Positions 23,602 to 36,710 of a DNA stretch of 64,000 nucleotides are shown here, one piece after another. The translations under genes were made by a program, and so were the position numbers. Each line of letters begins with the position of its first letter. The stretch's first letter is position 1. Source of the DNA: Octopus sinensis (Eukaryota); assembly GCF_006345805.1 (NCBI RefSeq), contig NC_043005.1, forward strand, positions 14,012,001 through 14,076,000. The letters are read 5' to 3'. The notes under the pieces were generated by a model, which worked only from the letters and a program-made list of their open reading frames with translations, was not told the origin of the DNA and searched no databases.

Positions 23602-24205
23602 TTAGAAATTGAGGTAACTCGAATGTGGAGTTCAAAAACAGAAACAATTCCTATCATTATAGGCGCGTTAGATGTGATAAAAAGACTCCGCCGGTTACGA
23701 CGACGCGGGTCCCAGCTGATACGATCAACGGAACAGCTTGCTCGTGAAATTAACGTGCAAATAGCTGAGCATTCCACAGACACGTGTACCCTTACCGTAG
23801 TTCTCGGGATAATCACATGACACAGAGAGTGACAAGGCTGACCCTTTAAATACAAGTACAACTCATTTTTGCCAGCTGAGTGGACTGGAGCAACGTGAAA
23901 TAAAGTGTCTTGCTCAAGGACACAACGCGTCGCCGGGAATCGAACTCACAACCTTACGATCATGAGCCGAATACCCTAACCACTAAGCCACGCGCCCTCA
24001 CAAATGTGATAAAATAATATTCAGACAAATACATAACAAAAACACCAGGACTAACAAGATATATAACATACAGAAAATAGCACGACTAGTCACCGCACAC
24101 AGCCTACGTAAAACACTTTCAGTACGGTGAAAATAAGAGCAACACAACAAACCACAGCACATACCCAAAGCACAGAGAGCTGCGTTCGGTAGTGCAGTGA
24201 AAGCA

Positions 24206-24207
<2 letters not shown>
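23602..24207 (+). mobile_element. R4/Dong-like non-LTR element 3' fragment in a (TAA)n tract, interrupted by a SINE
   Basis: LEIEVTRMWSSKTETIPIIIGALDVIK ... TAHSLRKTLS matches the R4/Dong C-terminus. (TAA)n at 23525-23600 and 24208-24272. Confidence 0.75.
23686..24002 (-). mobile_element. Chimeric SINE, head B + tail T1
   Basis: Head B at 23865-24002, T1 tail at 23686-23860. TSD ATGTGATAAAA on both sides. Confidence 0.85.
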
Positions 24208-24273
<66 letters not shown>

Positions 24274-24274
<1 letters not shown>

Positions 24275-24828
24275 TGCCCTGATGCAGTACCAGGCAGTGG
24301 CTCTCATGGCTTCTGATCTTAACTGATTGGAAGTGTTATCATGTACATTGTTTTGTCTTGGTATAAAAGATGGGCTACAGCAAATATTCTGTCAATACCA
24401 CAGATTTGCTTGTCAGTTGTTTGACCTTAACCAGTTGAGCATGTCCTTAGTGGCTGACGATATGTGCATCTCTGATCATGAGCAGAAGTAGTGGGGGAGC
24501 ATCATAGCCATGTGTTGAGAGGGATCCTTTGGAGTCTGAATAATTCACCTTTGGAAACACGAGTGGTTCGTTCAACATCCTTAAATAACCCTTATTCAAG
24601 GACCTTTTGAGCGGGATGGGCTACTCAACCTGAAGAAAATTCTAACTGGGCCCCACCTGCAAGGTCGTGCGCTGTTTATCTTGATATGAGATCACCATGT
24701 CGCGCACATATGGTTGTGATGTATGTGCCTGGTGTACCCTTATCAGACGGGTAGTCATGATGGGTATATTGGGCTTCGTATATTTTACCCCAGTGTCACT
24801 TTGATGGCATGAAGTGCTCTCTCACTCA
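24274..24828. mobile_element. ~555-bp non-coding element embedded in (TAA)n
   Basis: Complex sequence with no recognisable protein, bounded on both sides by (TAA)n (24208-24272, 24829-24895). Confidence 0.5.
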
Positions 24829-24840
24829 ATAATAATAATG

Positions 24841-24897
<57 letters not shown>

Positions 24898-25224
24898 TAA
24901 CCGTTTCTAATATAAAAACAAGGCTACAAACTTGGAGCAGAGTTAGTCAATGAAATCGACAGCTGTACTTAATCTGTATTTCGTTGAGCCTTCGAAGATA
25001 AAAGGCGAAGTTCACTTCAGTGAGATTTGAACTCAGAATATAAAGCTGTATAACTAAGCGTAAATTAATGAGAAGGTGCATATAGTTATTTAAAGTGGCT
25101 TAGAGCGATTAAAATGTCATGGCGGGTTTCACTCGTCAGAAGTCTGCATTTTATGGACGGATTACTGGGAGATAAAGCGAGAAAGCGTCCATGGTTTTAT
25201 TCTTGTTGTTGTTGTTTAAAACCC

Positions 25225-25430
25225 AGATCAGCCGTTCGCCAGCCTCGTCTGGTACCTGTGTCGGTGGCACATAAAAAGCACCCACTACACTCACGGAGTG
25301 GTTGGCGTTAGGAAGGGCATCCAGCTGTAGAAACACTGCCAGATCTGACTGGGCCTGGTGCAACCTTCGGGCTTCCCAGACCCCAGTTGAACCGTCCAAC
25401 CCATGCTAGCATGGAAAGCGGACGTTAAAC

Positions 25431-25462
<32 letters not shown>
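25225..25462 (+). mobile_element. SINE-like family E, 3' part with (GAT)n tail
   Basis: GGTTGGCGTTAGGAAGGGCATCCAGC..GGACGTTAAAC(GAT)n. Homologous to the reverse complement of 56826-57135. Confidence 0.75.
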
Positions 25463-25463
<1 letters not shown>

Positions 25464-25514
25464 CAGCCCCGACTGAACAGAACCCTTACTAAAATAGCAA
25501 TAATTACAGTAACG

Positions 25515-25835
25515 GTATTGGTGTGTGATTAAGGAACCCTCGCTTTGTAAGCGCGTAGTTTCGGATTCAGTTCCACTGCGTGGGACCTTTGGCAAATGTC
25601 TTCTACTATAGCCTCAGGCCGACTAATGCCTTCAGTGTATTAGTAGACGGAAACTGTGTGTGTTTGTGTGCGTGTGTGTATATGAACATACACACGCGCT
25701 CATACACTCACACACACACACACAACAGGCTACCTATATATATGAGCGCGTGCATGTGTTGTGTGTTTGTCACTTCACCCCCACATGACAACTGGTATTG
25801 GTTTGTTTACGTCCGTAACTTGACGGTTCGATAAA
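25515..25835 (+). mobile_element. Degenerate SINE D
   Basis: CTACTATAGCCTCAGGCCGAC..GACGGAAACTG and GTCCGTAACTT..AAAAGAGACC blocks. Confidence 0.6.
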
Positions 25836-25837
25836 AG

Positions 25838-27184
25838 AGACCTTTAACAGCTGCCAACGGGTCCATAATCGAGGCGTACGGTCGCCGCATCCTTTCTCTC
25901 AACATCAACTCACAAAAATACACATGGGCATTCACTATCGCTGATGTTCATCAGCCGATTCTCGGAGCAGACTTTCATCGAGCACACTTGTTACTGGTTG
26001 ATTTGTAGGGTATACGACTCATCAACAGCAACACATACGCTTTCGTGTCTCTGCACATGCCGCACCCCGCATAGCAACCGTCTCTCAGATCGAGAACGAA
26101 TTCTCGAATGTCCTTGCGAGTCGTCCCAATCTCACTACCTCGACATTCTCCAAACCTACAGCCCGCCACGGAATGACACACCATATCTCCCACCGACCCC
26201 CTAGTGCACAGCCGCGCACGTCGTCTATCACCAGACAAACTTGCAATAGCAAAGACCGAGTTTAATAATATGGAAGCGTTGAGCATAGTTCGCCATTCAA
26301 GTAGTCCCTTGTCGTCACCTCTGCATGTGACCCCTAAACCCAACGGAGGTTATCGACTCTGCGGAGATTTGCACCGTTTCAACGCAGATACGACACTTGG
26401 CTGCTACCCCGTTTCGCACATACAGAATTCCAAATGAAAATCTCAACACTTCCTCCGCGGAAATGGTGTATGCTGCCCCTCTTTGAGTGCCAGGTGAGTT
26501 CCTTCCGAATACGAAGTCAGACCCAGATGTCAAAAGGTACCCCGCTCAACTGAGAGAAAGCGTGGGCTAGTTGCACCCTATTCCCATGTCAACAGACGCT
26601 ACACCCAGATCATCCGTACCGAACGATCTCCGCACGGCAAACTTTGTGTTCGTTCGATGTGACACACGACGAAAATCCCTCCAGTCACTCTTCGATGGTC
26701 CATATGAAGTTATATGTCCGGAGGTCAAATCATTTCAACTCCTAATTGGCAGACGGCAAGACACAGCTTTCATCGATAGGTTGAAACTGGCCGACCTCGA
26801 TACTGACAGCCCCGTCCAGGAAGCTTAACCGCCAAGCAGGGGCCTTCCCAGGTACACCACACCAACCCTCGGCAAGGAACAGTCACCAAAGAGCCGAGTA
26901 ACCACGCGCACGAGCAGGACAATTAAAACGCCTTCCCAGTTCCAGTGACAGTTAACAATTCTGTGGAGGAGCTATGTAGGGCAGGATTTACGACAGACGA
27001 ACCGTAGATAGGAACTTCTCAGCAGGCTAGCAAGGGAGCTGGCTTGTAGCGAGGTAGACCTCTGGTTGAGCGGGCTTCGAAGAGAAAGAAGTAACTGGTA
27101 GCTGTCGCCCTTATGTACTTAAAGGAATAAATCTTTCACTAACACATTCTCGTCTCCATGAGTTTATTTGTGTATAGCTTAACA
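25838..27184 (+). mobile_element. Gypsy LTR retrotransposon remnant (protease, RT start, integrase C-terminus, PPT, 3' LTR)
   Basis: LTAANGSIIEAYG..IADVHQPILGADF (protease). RARRLSPDKL..SPLHVTPKPNGGYRLCGD (RT start). DGPYEV..IDRLK (GPY/F). Purine tract GTGGAGGAG, then TGTAG at 26975. AATAAA at 27126. LTR right end uncertain. Confidence 0.8.
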
Positions 27185-27945
27185 AAGCTATAGCACATTT
27201 AAGGGTATATTTGGCAGTTATTTTTAATGAGTCGAGTAATCAAGTAAAGATTCCGAAAGTTAGTATCATAAGACACATGAAACTACTTCAACCGGAGCCC
27301 TAAACTGCAGGGCGGACTCTGTCCCTCAGAAGTGGAATTTTATTCCATTCTGCCTGCCATACAGTTTCTATAATAAAGTTTGCAAGCTTTTATTCTGAAC
27401 GTTGACCTAAATAACTGAATTATTTAGCTTTAGTGTGATGTAAACACTTCGCTTTGTTCTGCAGATAAACATGTTCAGACACATTGCAGAAAGTGTGAAC
27501 ACAATTCATCAATATCCGGATTAAGCAAAACAGAAACAGACAAATACACATCGTTGTTATAGTTGTTTTTATAAACTCTCACCTGCAACCCCGCCCCCAG
27601 CATACAAAGAACAACACCTTTTTCTTTCTTTTCTACTAACGGTAAGAATTGTCACAATCACAATTCTACACTATCATCAATAACCATGCGCTATGTGAGA
27701 TTATGAGGTTATATTATTTGGTAGCTTTTTTTGTTTTTGTTTTTTTTTTTTATGGTGGGGTCCACAAGTATATTTGCAATTACTTAGGGATGGTTCAAAC
27801 AGTAGAGTGTTAGACAAAACACTTTAAAGGTATGTCAGTACTTTATCTTCCGTACTTAAATTGTTTGGCTTTTAGCCTTCCAAAGATGATAAAAGAAGTC
27901 TAAATAGCAATCGGCATCAACGTTATCGATCATGTGTGTAAAGGT

Positions 27946-27979
<34 letters not shown>

Positions 27980-28124
27980 CGGGAGAAATAGAGGAAGAGA
28001 GAGAGATCATGGAATAGCCAAAATTTCAATTGAAGGATTTTCAATTATTAAAATGGATCTGCTTAAAACCGTCTAATAATTTAATCGGCTATATTGTATA
28101 TATATATATAATATATATATATAT

Positions 28125-28168
<44 letters not shown>

Positions 28169-28474
28169 ATATATATTATTGATACTTTGATACTTTGATA
28201 GGTTTCGGCCATTATTGGCCCAGGCCATGTCTAACTTAATAGCACCACCTGGTGAAGTCTTTCAAGTCAGAATTTGGGCACTATGGCCCACTCAAGTAGA
28301 GAGTATTGTTTACAGAGACATATCCAGGTGTAGGGGGTTTATCCGGGATTTCTTGAAGGAATCTGTCCAAAGACTTCTTGAACCCTATAGGGTCAGTTTC
28401 TGTTTTAATGTTTTGGTGGTGTAATGTTAAAGAGAGCGGGGCCAATTGAGGTGAAATAATTGTGCCGTATTGAG

Positions 28475-28517
<43 letters not shown>

Positions 28518-28520
28518 ATA

Positions 28521-28708
<188 letters not shown>

Positions 28709-28717
28709 CTGTCTAAT

Positions 28718-29055
28718 GCGGCGAGCTGGCAGAAACGTTAGCACGCCGGGCGAAATGCGTAGCCGTATTTCGTCTGTCGTTACGTTCCGAGTTCAAATTC
28801 CGCCGAGGTCCACTTTGCCTTTCATCCTTTCGGGGTCGATAAATTAAGTACCAGTTACGCACTGGAGTCGATGTAATCGACTTAATTGCTATGTCTGTCC
28901 TTGTTTGTCCTTTCTATGTTTAGCCCCTTGTGGGTAATAAAGAAATAGATATTTTGTCTGCCGCTACGTTCTGAGTTCAAATTCCGCCGGAATCGACTTT
29001 GCCTTTCATTCTTTCGGGGTCGATTAAATAAGTACAGTTACGCACTGGATCGATT
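28718..29055 (+). mobile_element. SINE C1 plus a head-less second unit in tandem
   Basis: Full copy to AAAGAAATAG (28948), then (A)TATTTTGTCTGCCG..CACTGGATCG restarts the body. Confidence 0.85.
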
Positions 29056-29067
29056 ATATTATATATA

Positions 29068-29106
<39 letters not shown>

Positions 29107-29554
29107 ATCCCCCCAAAAAAAAGAAAACGAAGAAAAACATAAGAAGAAAATAATACAACAACGCGAGGACGTGGTACATGCAATGCAAAGTATCATATAT
29201 ATATCAGGCACGTGCCGTCGATAATTTTGTCAGGGTAGGCAGTTGGTTACCTTTATGTAACAAAGCAAAGAAAAAGCGAAACACAGGCGCGCGACTGAGT
29301 AGAAGGCAGATTTACTTCTGCCTTTAGAGCACATAAAGAAAACGATGTTTTAGAAATGTATGCAGCACGTGTACTGCAGCAGCACAATGCATAGCTTAAA
29401 ATCTATGCATTTTATGCATAGTAATAATCAAACTAACACTCATAACTTTATTGAATTAGGTGCATATTTTGCCATGAGAGGAAACTGTTGCTATCGATCT
29501 ATTTTATTCAAGGTAGACACTATCTACCTTGCCTACCTAGGCGGCCCGTCCCTA

Positions 29555-29668
29555 ACATATACGAAGGTCTTCTTTCAGCTTTCATCTACCAAATCCACTC
29601 ACAAGGTTTTGGTCAGCCCGAGACTATAGTAGAAGCCACTTGACCAAAGTGGCACGTTGTGGGACTGG
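29555..29668 (-). mobile_element. SINE D fragment
   Basis: TCTACCAAATCCACTCACAAGG..CTATAGTAGAAG block. Confidence 0.7.
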
Positions 29669-29924
29669 GTGAGATATTTGTAAAATAAAATCAAGAACAT
29701 GCAAGCAAGCATACGTACATGGGTACATACATAAATGCATACATGCATACGTACCTGTGTAAACATGTCAAATTATTGAAGATATATGCGTGTATTTGTT
29801 ACTGTACACGGGAAATGTCATTTTTGCAATAAAGATTATACCCTGATTATATTTCACTTCTTATTACCGATTAGTCACTAATCTGGATCTGTTCAGTTTG
29901 GCTCACGGATTTTTTATTAATTTT

Positions 29925-30150
29925 TTTAACTAAACAGTTTGAAACTTCATATACTGGTGTAATTTTTCACACAGAACATGGTTTACTCTGAACATTTTTG
30001 ACAAAATTTCGTATTTTAGAAGTTATTTCGTGTTAAAGTTGTCGTATTTGAGTAATTTTAACCCATCAACGACGTGTATTCGGTTGAAGAAAGCTACTGC
30101 TGTTTGCAATACTAATCAAAGAGGAACAACTTCCGGGTCATCGCTACTAA
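29925..30150. mobile_element. Family G arm fragment (also ~23370-23500)
   Basis: Similar to 60260-60450 (AACTAAACA..TTAAAGTTGTCGTATTT). Confidence 0.65.
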
Positions 30151-30306
30151 ATTCCACCATTCTGTTCTATTCGTATGTTACCCTTTCTTCCTTTCTAGTC
30201 AGCACCGTGCATTCCTTACTCTTTTCCTTTCTAGTGGCAGACAGACACTTCTCCACAATCAACTACCGGTTGGTAGCGAGCGAACTTGTCACTGCCACTA
30301 CAATTA

Positions 30307-30400
30307 CCGTATTTTCCGGTGTATAAGCTGCTATTTTTTTACCTGGAAAATTTAGTGTGCGGCTTATAGAAAGGTGCGCCTAATATGTGTACATTTTTAT
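30307..30400. mobile_element. One end of a pogo-type (TA|CCGT) element
   Basis: TA-CCGTATTTTCCGGTGTATAAG start. No matching second end seen. Confidence 0.45.
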
Positions 30401-31201
30401 AAGTTTCAGGAGGAAAATAGTTTGTATATGGAGATCGACTGATTCCACTGAGGTGAGGGCTGTTAAGCCAAGACGATGGCTTATTATGAATGCTAGAAAG
30501 ACGAGGTAAAAGCACGTCTTGACTTTACGAGGGAAGTGGGTGTGTCTGTCCTACGTGTACATTTTGTAGCATTTAATGCATTTTTCATTTATGGAATATA
30601 TATAAACTTACTGTTAACAAAAGTCGGGATACGTGGCGTACAGTTATTCGGGATACGTGGCGTACATTTTTAACTTTAAATTTAAATAATTTAAATTTTG
30701 AATTTTATATTTTATATATTTTGTGAATTATATTAATTAATTTTATTTCTATGTTTTGGTTTATGTTTTTCACTGTTTGATTTGCCTAATTGTGGTTTTA
30801 TCTCTAATTTAATATATATATTTATACTGTAAAATTAGATTTAATCCTAATTCTAATTTTTCCCTGTAAGTTTGGATTTACTCCCTAATATTATTATATA
30901 TATATATTTATATATATATTACTCCCTAATATTATATATATATATGTATTTGTATATATAAATATACAAATACATATGCATATGTATTTGTATATGTGTA
31001 TGTATGCATGTATGTATATAGGTATGTGTATGTGCGTGCGTGCGTGTGTATGTGTGTGTGTGTATCATTTTTCTTGTCTTTTATTTATGTTTCTATAAAC
31101 TTATTTAGTGACACTCTCTGCAGTTCTCCCCCTGTTATTACAAATGCGTGTATACGTGTGTATGTGTTTGTGTTTGCGTGCGTGCGTGCGTTTGTGTGTG
31201 C

Positions 31202-31271
<70 letters not shown>

Positions 31272-31581
31272 TTGTGTCTATGTATGTATTTATGTTTGAG
31301 CGCCTGTAAGCGTTTGCGCTTGTTTGTTAATTTACCTATCGACATGTCAGACCGCACCTTTTCTCCACCTACACAGTAACTTACAAAGATAAGTATGTAT
31401 ATAAATATTCATATCTGTATTTAATGTATGTTTGGGTGTTCATTCGTTTATCCTTAAGATTTACTGAAGTTCTTTTTCATAGAATTCAAACCGGACATTC
31501 AGTAAGTACTTACATTGTTGTAGGCGTCATATTTCCAAGAATTTTTGAAAATATGATTGAGTTAGTGAGTGTATATATGTA

Positions 31582-33249
31582 TCGTGTTTCCCCAAAAATA
31601 AGACCTACTCTGAAAATAAGCCCTACCATGTTTTTTCAGGATGTTTTTAATATAAGTCCTACTCCGAAAATAAGACCTAGTCAAAAAGGCTAAGCGAGCA
31701 TGCACGGAGTTGATTCCCTTGGCTTGACTCCCTTGTTTCCTAGGCCAGATGAGTGCAAAAAGAAAGAGATATTCCGTGGAGTACAAGAAAGGAATCGTGG
31801 AAGAGTCACATAACAAGAATCTTATGGCTTTCTGTAAGAAGATGTTGAATCTCCAAATGGTTCGAAAATGGCAAGCAGAGTACGAAAATCTCAGCAGACA
31901 GGTGGAAGAGAGAAGTGCTAAGAAGCGCAAGTGTGGATCAGGTCGACAACCGTTATTTTCGGAGCTGGAAGATATCACCTCGAGATGGATTGCTGACAGA
32001 AGAACAAAGGCTTTGGTTGCACGCAGGGTTGATATTCAAGAATTTGCTCTTGCCATGGCACCACAGTTGGACATACTGCCAGAGATATTCGAAGCATCAC
32101 ATCATTGATTGGATAACTTCCTTCGGCAATATGAGCTCTCTCTAAGGAGATCGACAGTACTGTCTGTTCAAGCTGCAGGATGCTGAAGTGAATCAACGTG
32201 CACTTGCATTCAAATCCGTTGATGGCATCGACTTTTCTAAACACCATCTCTCCAATATAATTGCTATGGAAGAAACTGTCATATTTATGTCCCAAGGATC
32301 TAAAACGACAATTGAACAGACAGGTGCCTCGTCACTCTGTGTTGCCTCAACGGGTTACGAAAGTGCAAGATTTACTTGTATTTTAGCAATTCGTCTTGAT
32401 GGAAATAAAGTCCTACCGCTTATAATCACAAAGAGCAAAAAAGAGAAAATAGAACGAGTTTCGGACATTTATGTCCTTGAAACGAAAAAGGTTTGGTGCA
32501 AACAAGCTGTTATGAGAAAATGGGTTGATTTAACTATGTCACTTGTTTTACATGGTTCTCAAAGAGGATTTTTAGTCTGGGATTTGGCCAGTACTCATCG
32601 CGCAAAAGATATGAAAACCTTCCTTTCTGAAAGAAGATTTGACCATATGATGATTCCCGCGGAGATGGTTTCATGTCTACAAACATTAGCTCTTGTAGTA
32701 AACAAGCCCTTCAAGGATTATTTACGGATGGAAATGAATAAATATATCGAACATAGAATGGGGAGAAATCAGCGTGGAAACTTTGACAAACCCAACTTCC
32801 AAGAAGTCGTGAATTGGGTAAAGAATTCATGGAATAAAATTACCGACAGTTGCGTTACCAGTGCACGACGAGTAGGGTACTTAGACAAAGAATGTTCATT
32901 TAAGAAAACATGAGAGATTAGGAACCCTGATACTACAGGATATGAATTTGCAAGAAATTCAGTCTGGAGTTTGGGGTTTGATGATTTATGATTATGTTCT
33001 AGAAGAGGACGAAATGTTTGTTCTTGACTAAAAGCAATAAGCAAATAAATAAACTTTTGATAACTAAACACATGGGTTTCCTGTTTTACAAATTTTCATT
33101 TTTACACGAGGACATGAGACTTTTTAGTCTTTCTTGGATTTTTCCGCAAAAATATAAGACATCCACTGAAAATAAGCCCTAGTGCGTTTTTTTTTTTTTT
33201 TGGATGCAAGATTAATATAAGACAGGGTCTTATTTTTGGAGAAACACGG
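31582..33249 (+). mobile_element. Full-length but dead pogo/Tigger-like DNA transposon
   Basis: TIRs (T/C)CGTGTTTC(C/T)CCAAAAATAAGAC, TA at 31580-31581 and 33250-33251. N-terminal Brinker-like and CENP-B-like HTH region (31749-32108, ends in TGA). DDE_1-like region (32188-32913) with AMEET, WDLASTH and LQTLA..NKPFK, so two catalytic D are altered. Confidence 0.9.
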
Positions 33250-34723
33250 TAGGTATATGTGTAGACATATTTGAACTTACGCAATGGGTATATTGACCCC
33301 TTTCAGTGCACTTGTTTTCACGATTACTCTCTATCATGTGTGGATCAGAAGTAGATGTTAAGAAACCTTAACATCTACTTCACAGATAACCTGTTCCATG
33401 GGTGTGTGGGCATAGTTTCAAATACTTTACATTTTATTCGCTTTATTCTTACATATTACATGTAATTGTCTTAACTACTTTTGGGCATGTGTATACAGGG
33501 TGTCCCAGAAAGATTCACCCATATTTAAAATTCTTCCTAAAGAATATCGGTTCAGGTAATATTATCTACATTTTACTATCTACATTTCTACATTTTAGTT
33601 TGCTATCTGGTCCATCTTAGAGTGTAGTGTTTCTGCTCGGTCCTATTCAAATGTGTCAGATCTGAAGAAAGCCTTCCTGTCTTCATGGATCATAAAGAGG
33701 TGGTACGGTGCTCATTCAAGTCAGTGATCAAAGTAAAACTTGGTCATTTGAAATGTAATTACTGCAATGGATTGACAATTTACATTAGAACGTGTGTGCG
33801 GAATTTCATTATCCTATCTTACGTTTATTTCGAATACTTAAGAAATATCAATGGGTATATCTTTCTGAGACGCCTTGTAAAAACTGCAATCCTCTGCCAA
33901 ATCACGTTGGACCAGTGCGGCAGAGTAGGTTCATCAATCTAGTATGATTTCAAACCCAAATTCACGGCCTCCACATCGGACCGTGATTGATGTAGAGAAC
34001 ATACTGAGGCCTTCGTCCTGCAATAGACTGAACATTGACAATCCAATCCAATCCATTCTTACATATCCTGGTTGCTAGGCCTTAACTGTATGAAGTAGTT
34101 CTGTTTCTTAGTTTTCTTGCTTTGTTCTGTTTGTTTTTATTGTACTTGTTTCTACCCAATACTAGCCCACTTATTCCCTTTAGATACCCATTCAGCGATT
34201 GCTAGTAAAGCTTCATAAAACGTTTTGATTATCGAATACAAGGAAAGATTTTTGCATCAATAACCAACGACCAGGTTTTTTTACTTTTGCTTCCCTACCC
34301 AGAAATTTTCATATCACAGAGATGTAGAGGATATATCCACGCATGACAATTCGATTGAATACTGGTGGAATGTCCCTGTCAAGACTTTAATAAAATGCAT
34401 GCACAACAAGCCAGATATAAACGATCTAGGTCTAAGAAAAAAAATTGTGCAGTAGTTAAAATCAACGGATGTTAACATAATGTTAAAGGTTAGCGAAAAA
34501 GAAAGCATCGAAACCGAACTGATCAGAAATCTACAGTGAGCTCATAGCGACTCATAGCTTGAGATTCCTGCCAATAATTATTAGAACATTTGTTTACGTG
34601 GCTAAATGTCACGGCACCAATCTTGAGAAGTTGGATTTCACAAAATCAGAAAGAGCAAGCCTAATCAAGAGATTACAGCTACAAATTGTCCAAAATGTGT
34701 AAAATAGCAAATTCAGCATGTAA

Positions 34724-35034
34724 TGTCGGTTACGACGAGGGTCCCGGTTGATACGATCAACGGAACAGCTTTCTTGTGAAGTTAACGTGCAAGTGGCTGA
34801 GGGCTCCACAGATACGTGTACCCTTAACGTAGTTCTCAGGGAGATTCAGTGTGACACAGAGTGTGACAAGGCTAGTCCTTTGATAAACAGGTACTACTCA
34901 TTTTTGCCAGCTGAGTGGACTGGAGCAACGTGAAATAAAGAGTCTTGCTTAGGGACATAACACATCGCCAAGAATTGAACTCGCGACCTCGAGATCGTGA
35001 GCAGAATACTCTAACCACCAAGACTTCACTTCAG
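34724..35034 (-). mobile_element. Chimeric SINE, head B + tail T1
   Basis: Same composition as 23686-24002. Confidence 0.82.
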
Positions 35035-35360
35035 CATGTAATAAGATCCTCGTATACAATGTCTTCCATGCCTCTTCCTATATGTACATGTGCACATACA
35101 TATTCATATGCATACATGTATACACGCATATCTATGCACATCACACATGCATATACATACAGAGATGTATGCATACATATATAAATACAAGACTATGCTG
35201 TGTGATGCTATCATACACACACGCACACATACAGACACACCTGCACACATACATACATACGTACATACATACATACATACATACATACATAACATACATA
35301 CATACATACATACATACACACATGCACACACACATACATACACACATCTATATACATACA

Positions 35361-36710
35361 TGATGATGGCTGCCCCCTCCTTATCGAGTATGGCCATTAC
35401 ACGAGGCTTAACTGTTAACGGTGCTGTGATCGAAGGTGACTTTTTAGCCCAGCTAAAGATCTACAATGTTCTTGTACAGAATTGGCAGCTAAAACCTTCA
35501 CTGGCAATAGCCGGTTGTAGTTGTAATTGGGTTTCATGTACCTTTGCATGTCGTTTAAGTCCTCCCACCGAATCACACTCCCTTCTACATGCCTGACAGA
35601 TATGATTAGTATGATGTGTAGCACGACCACCAGCGGCTTGGTAGCCAATCATCGGTCTCACTTTATGACTACGAAGATGACTCTTGAGGCAGAGTCTTGC
35701 ACAGACACTACATGTCAGCGTCATAAGAAGACCCTTAGCGTCTGGAAGTGCAACAGCGATGCCCTTCCTGACATTCCTCCTTACTTTCTCATGCGCAACT
35801 CGATAAATCTCAAAAGTAGCTGTCCCCTCATGCACAATCCTTCTCCATCTGCTACGATCAATAGCTATGCCCTCCCATGTGTCAGGAGAGATGCTATCAT
35901 CTCTCAAGGAAGCCTTCAGAAAATCTTTATACTTCTCTTATGGTTTATACCACTCCTTCCTCTCCTCTAAATTCTTCATCTCTCCTTTTCCAAAAGAATG
36001 TATATTTTCTACAAGATACTGTAAGAAGACCATCTCTAGCTAATCTCGTCTCAGATAAAGCAACGATGTCAAGATCATAGCGTCGAAGCTCCTTCGCAAC
36101 AAGAGCAGTCCTTCGTTCAGAACATTCTGAGGACTTGCGGTCAAGCAGTGTCCGTACATTCCAACAGCCAATATTCAATATTTTATTTGGTTCTATCACA
36201 GTAGCACGATGACGGCCGGGTTCAGACTGTGATGCTCTGGAGCCCCTGCCGGGCCAGACTCTTTCATCTGATGTGGTTCTAGAGTCCTTACTTCCATTTA
36301 TTTTTATACTGTTTTGGTACATCATTGATTGTTTGCTTTTTAAGGCTACAGCCAGCAATTCAGTTGAGACTCACAGCGCTATCAACAATCATCAATTAGT
36401 TAATTAATTAATTAATTAATTAATCAATGTTTTTATCGTGCAATACATGTGCAAGAAGACTTTTTTAAAGTGAGAAAAGGCTGTGCATTGAGTCAATCCC
36501 ACTCACTAAGCAACAGCAGCCATAACCCGAAAAGAACAAGTCAATATCATCGGTAACCACGGAGCCGCAGGTTTTATGTTGGAGTTATCCCAGTTACCTG
36601 AGTTGCCTTCTCCTAGAAGGATGCCTTAACAAGGGCTAGGAATCCTTCACTCCCAATGATTAACTGCGCGATCGGGTATTCAGTTCAATTATTTCTATGT
36701 CCCTGCGCAA
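35361..36710 (-). mobile_element. Internally deleted RTE-clade element (family Y): 5' region, endonuclease start, C-terminal zinc fingers, 3' end, (TGTA)n tail
   Basis: CWNVRTLLD..RRTALVAKELRRYDLDIVALSETRL..YTFFWK joins near 35940 to KYKDFLKASL..WEGIAIDRSRWR and C2H2-like motifs. RT is absent. Confidence 0.85.

Noticed and set aside
33493-34030. TA-CAGGGTGTCC Tc1/mariner-like end with possible downstream remnants
   Set aside because: No second TIR or convincing transposase motif found.
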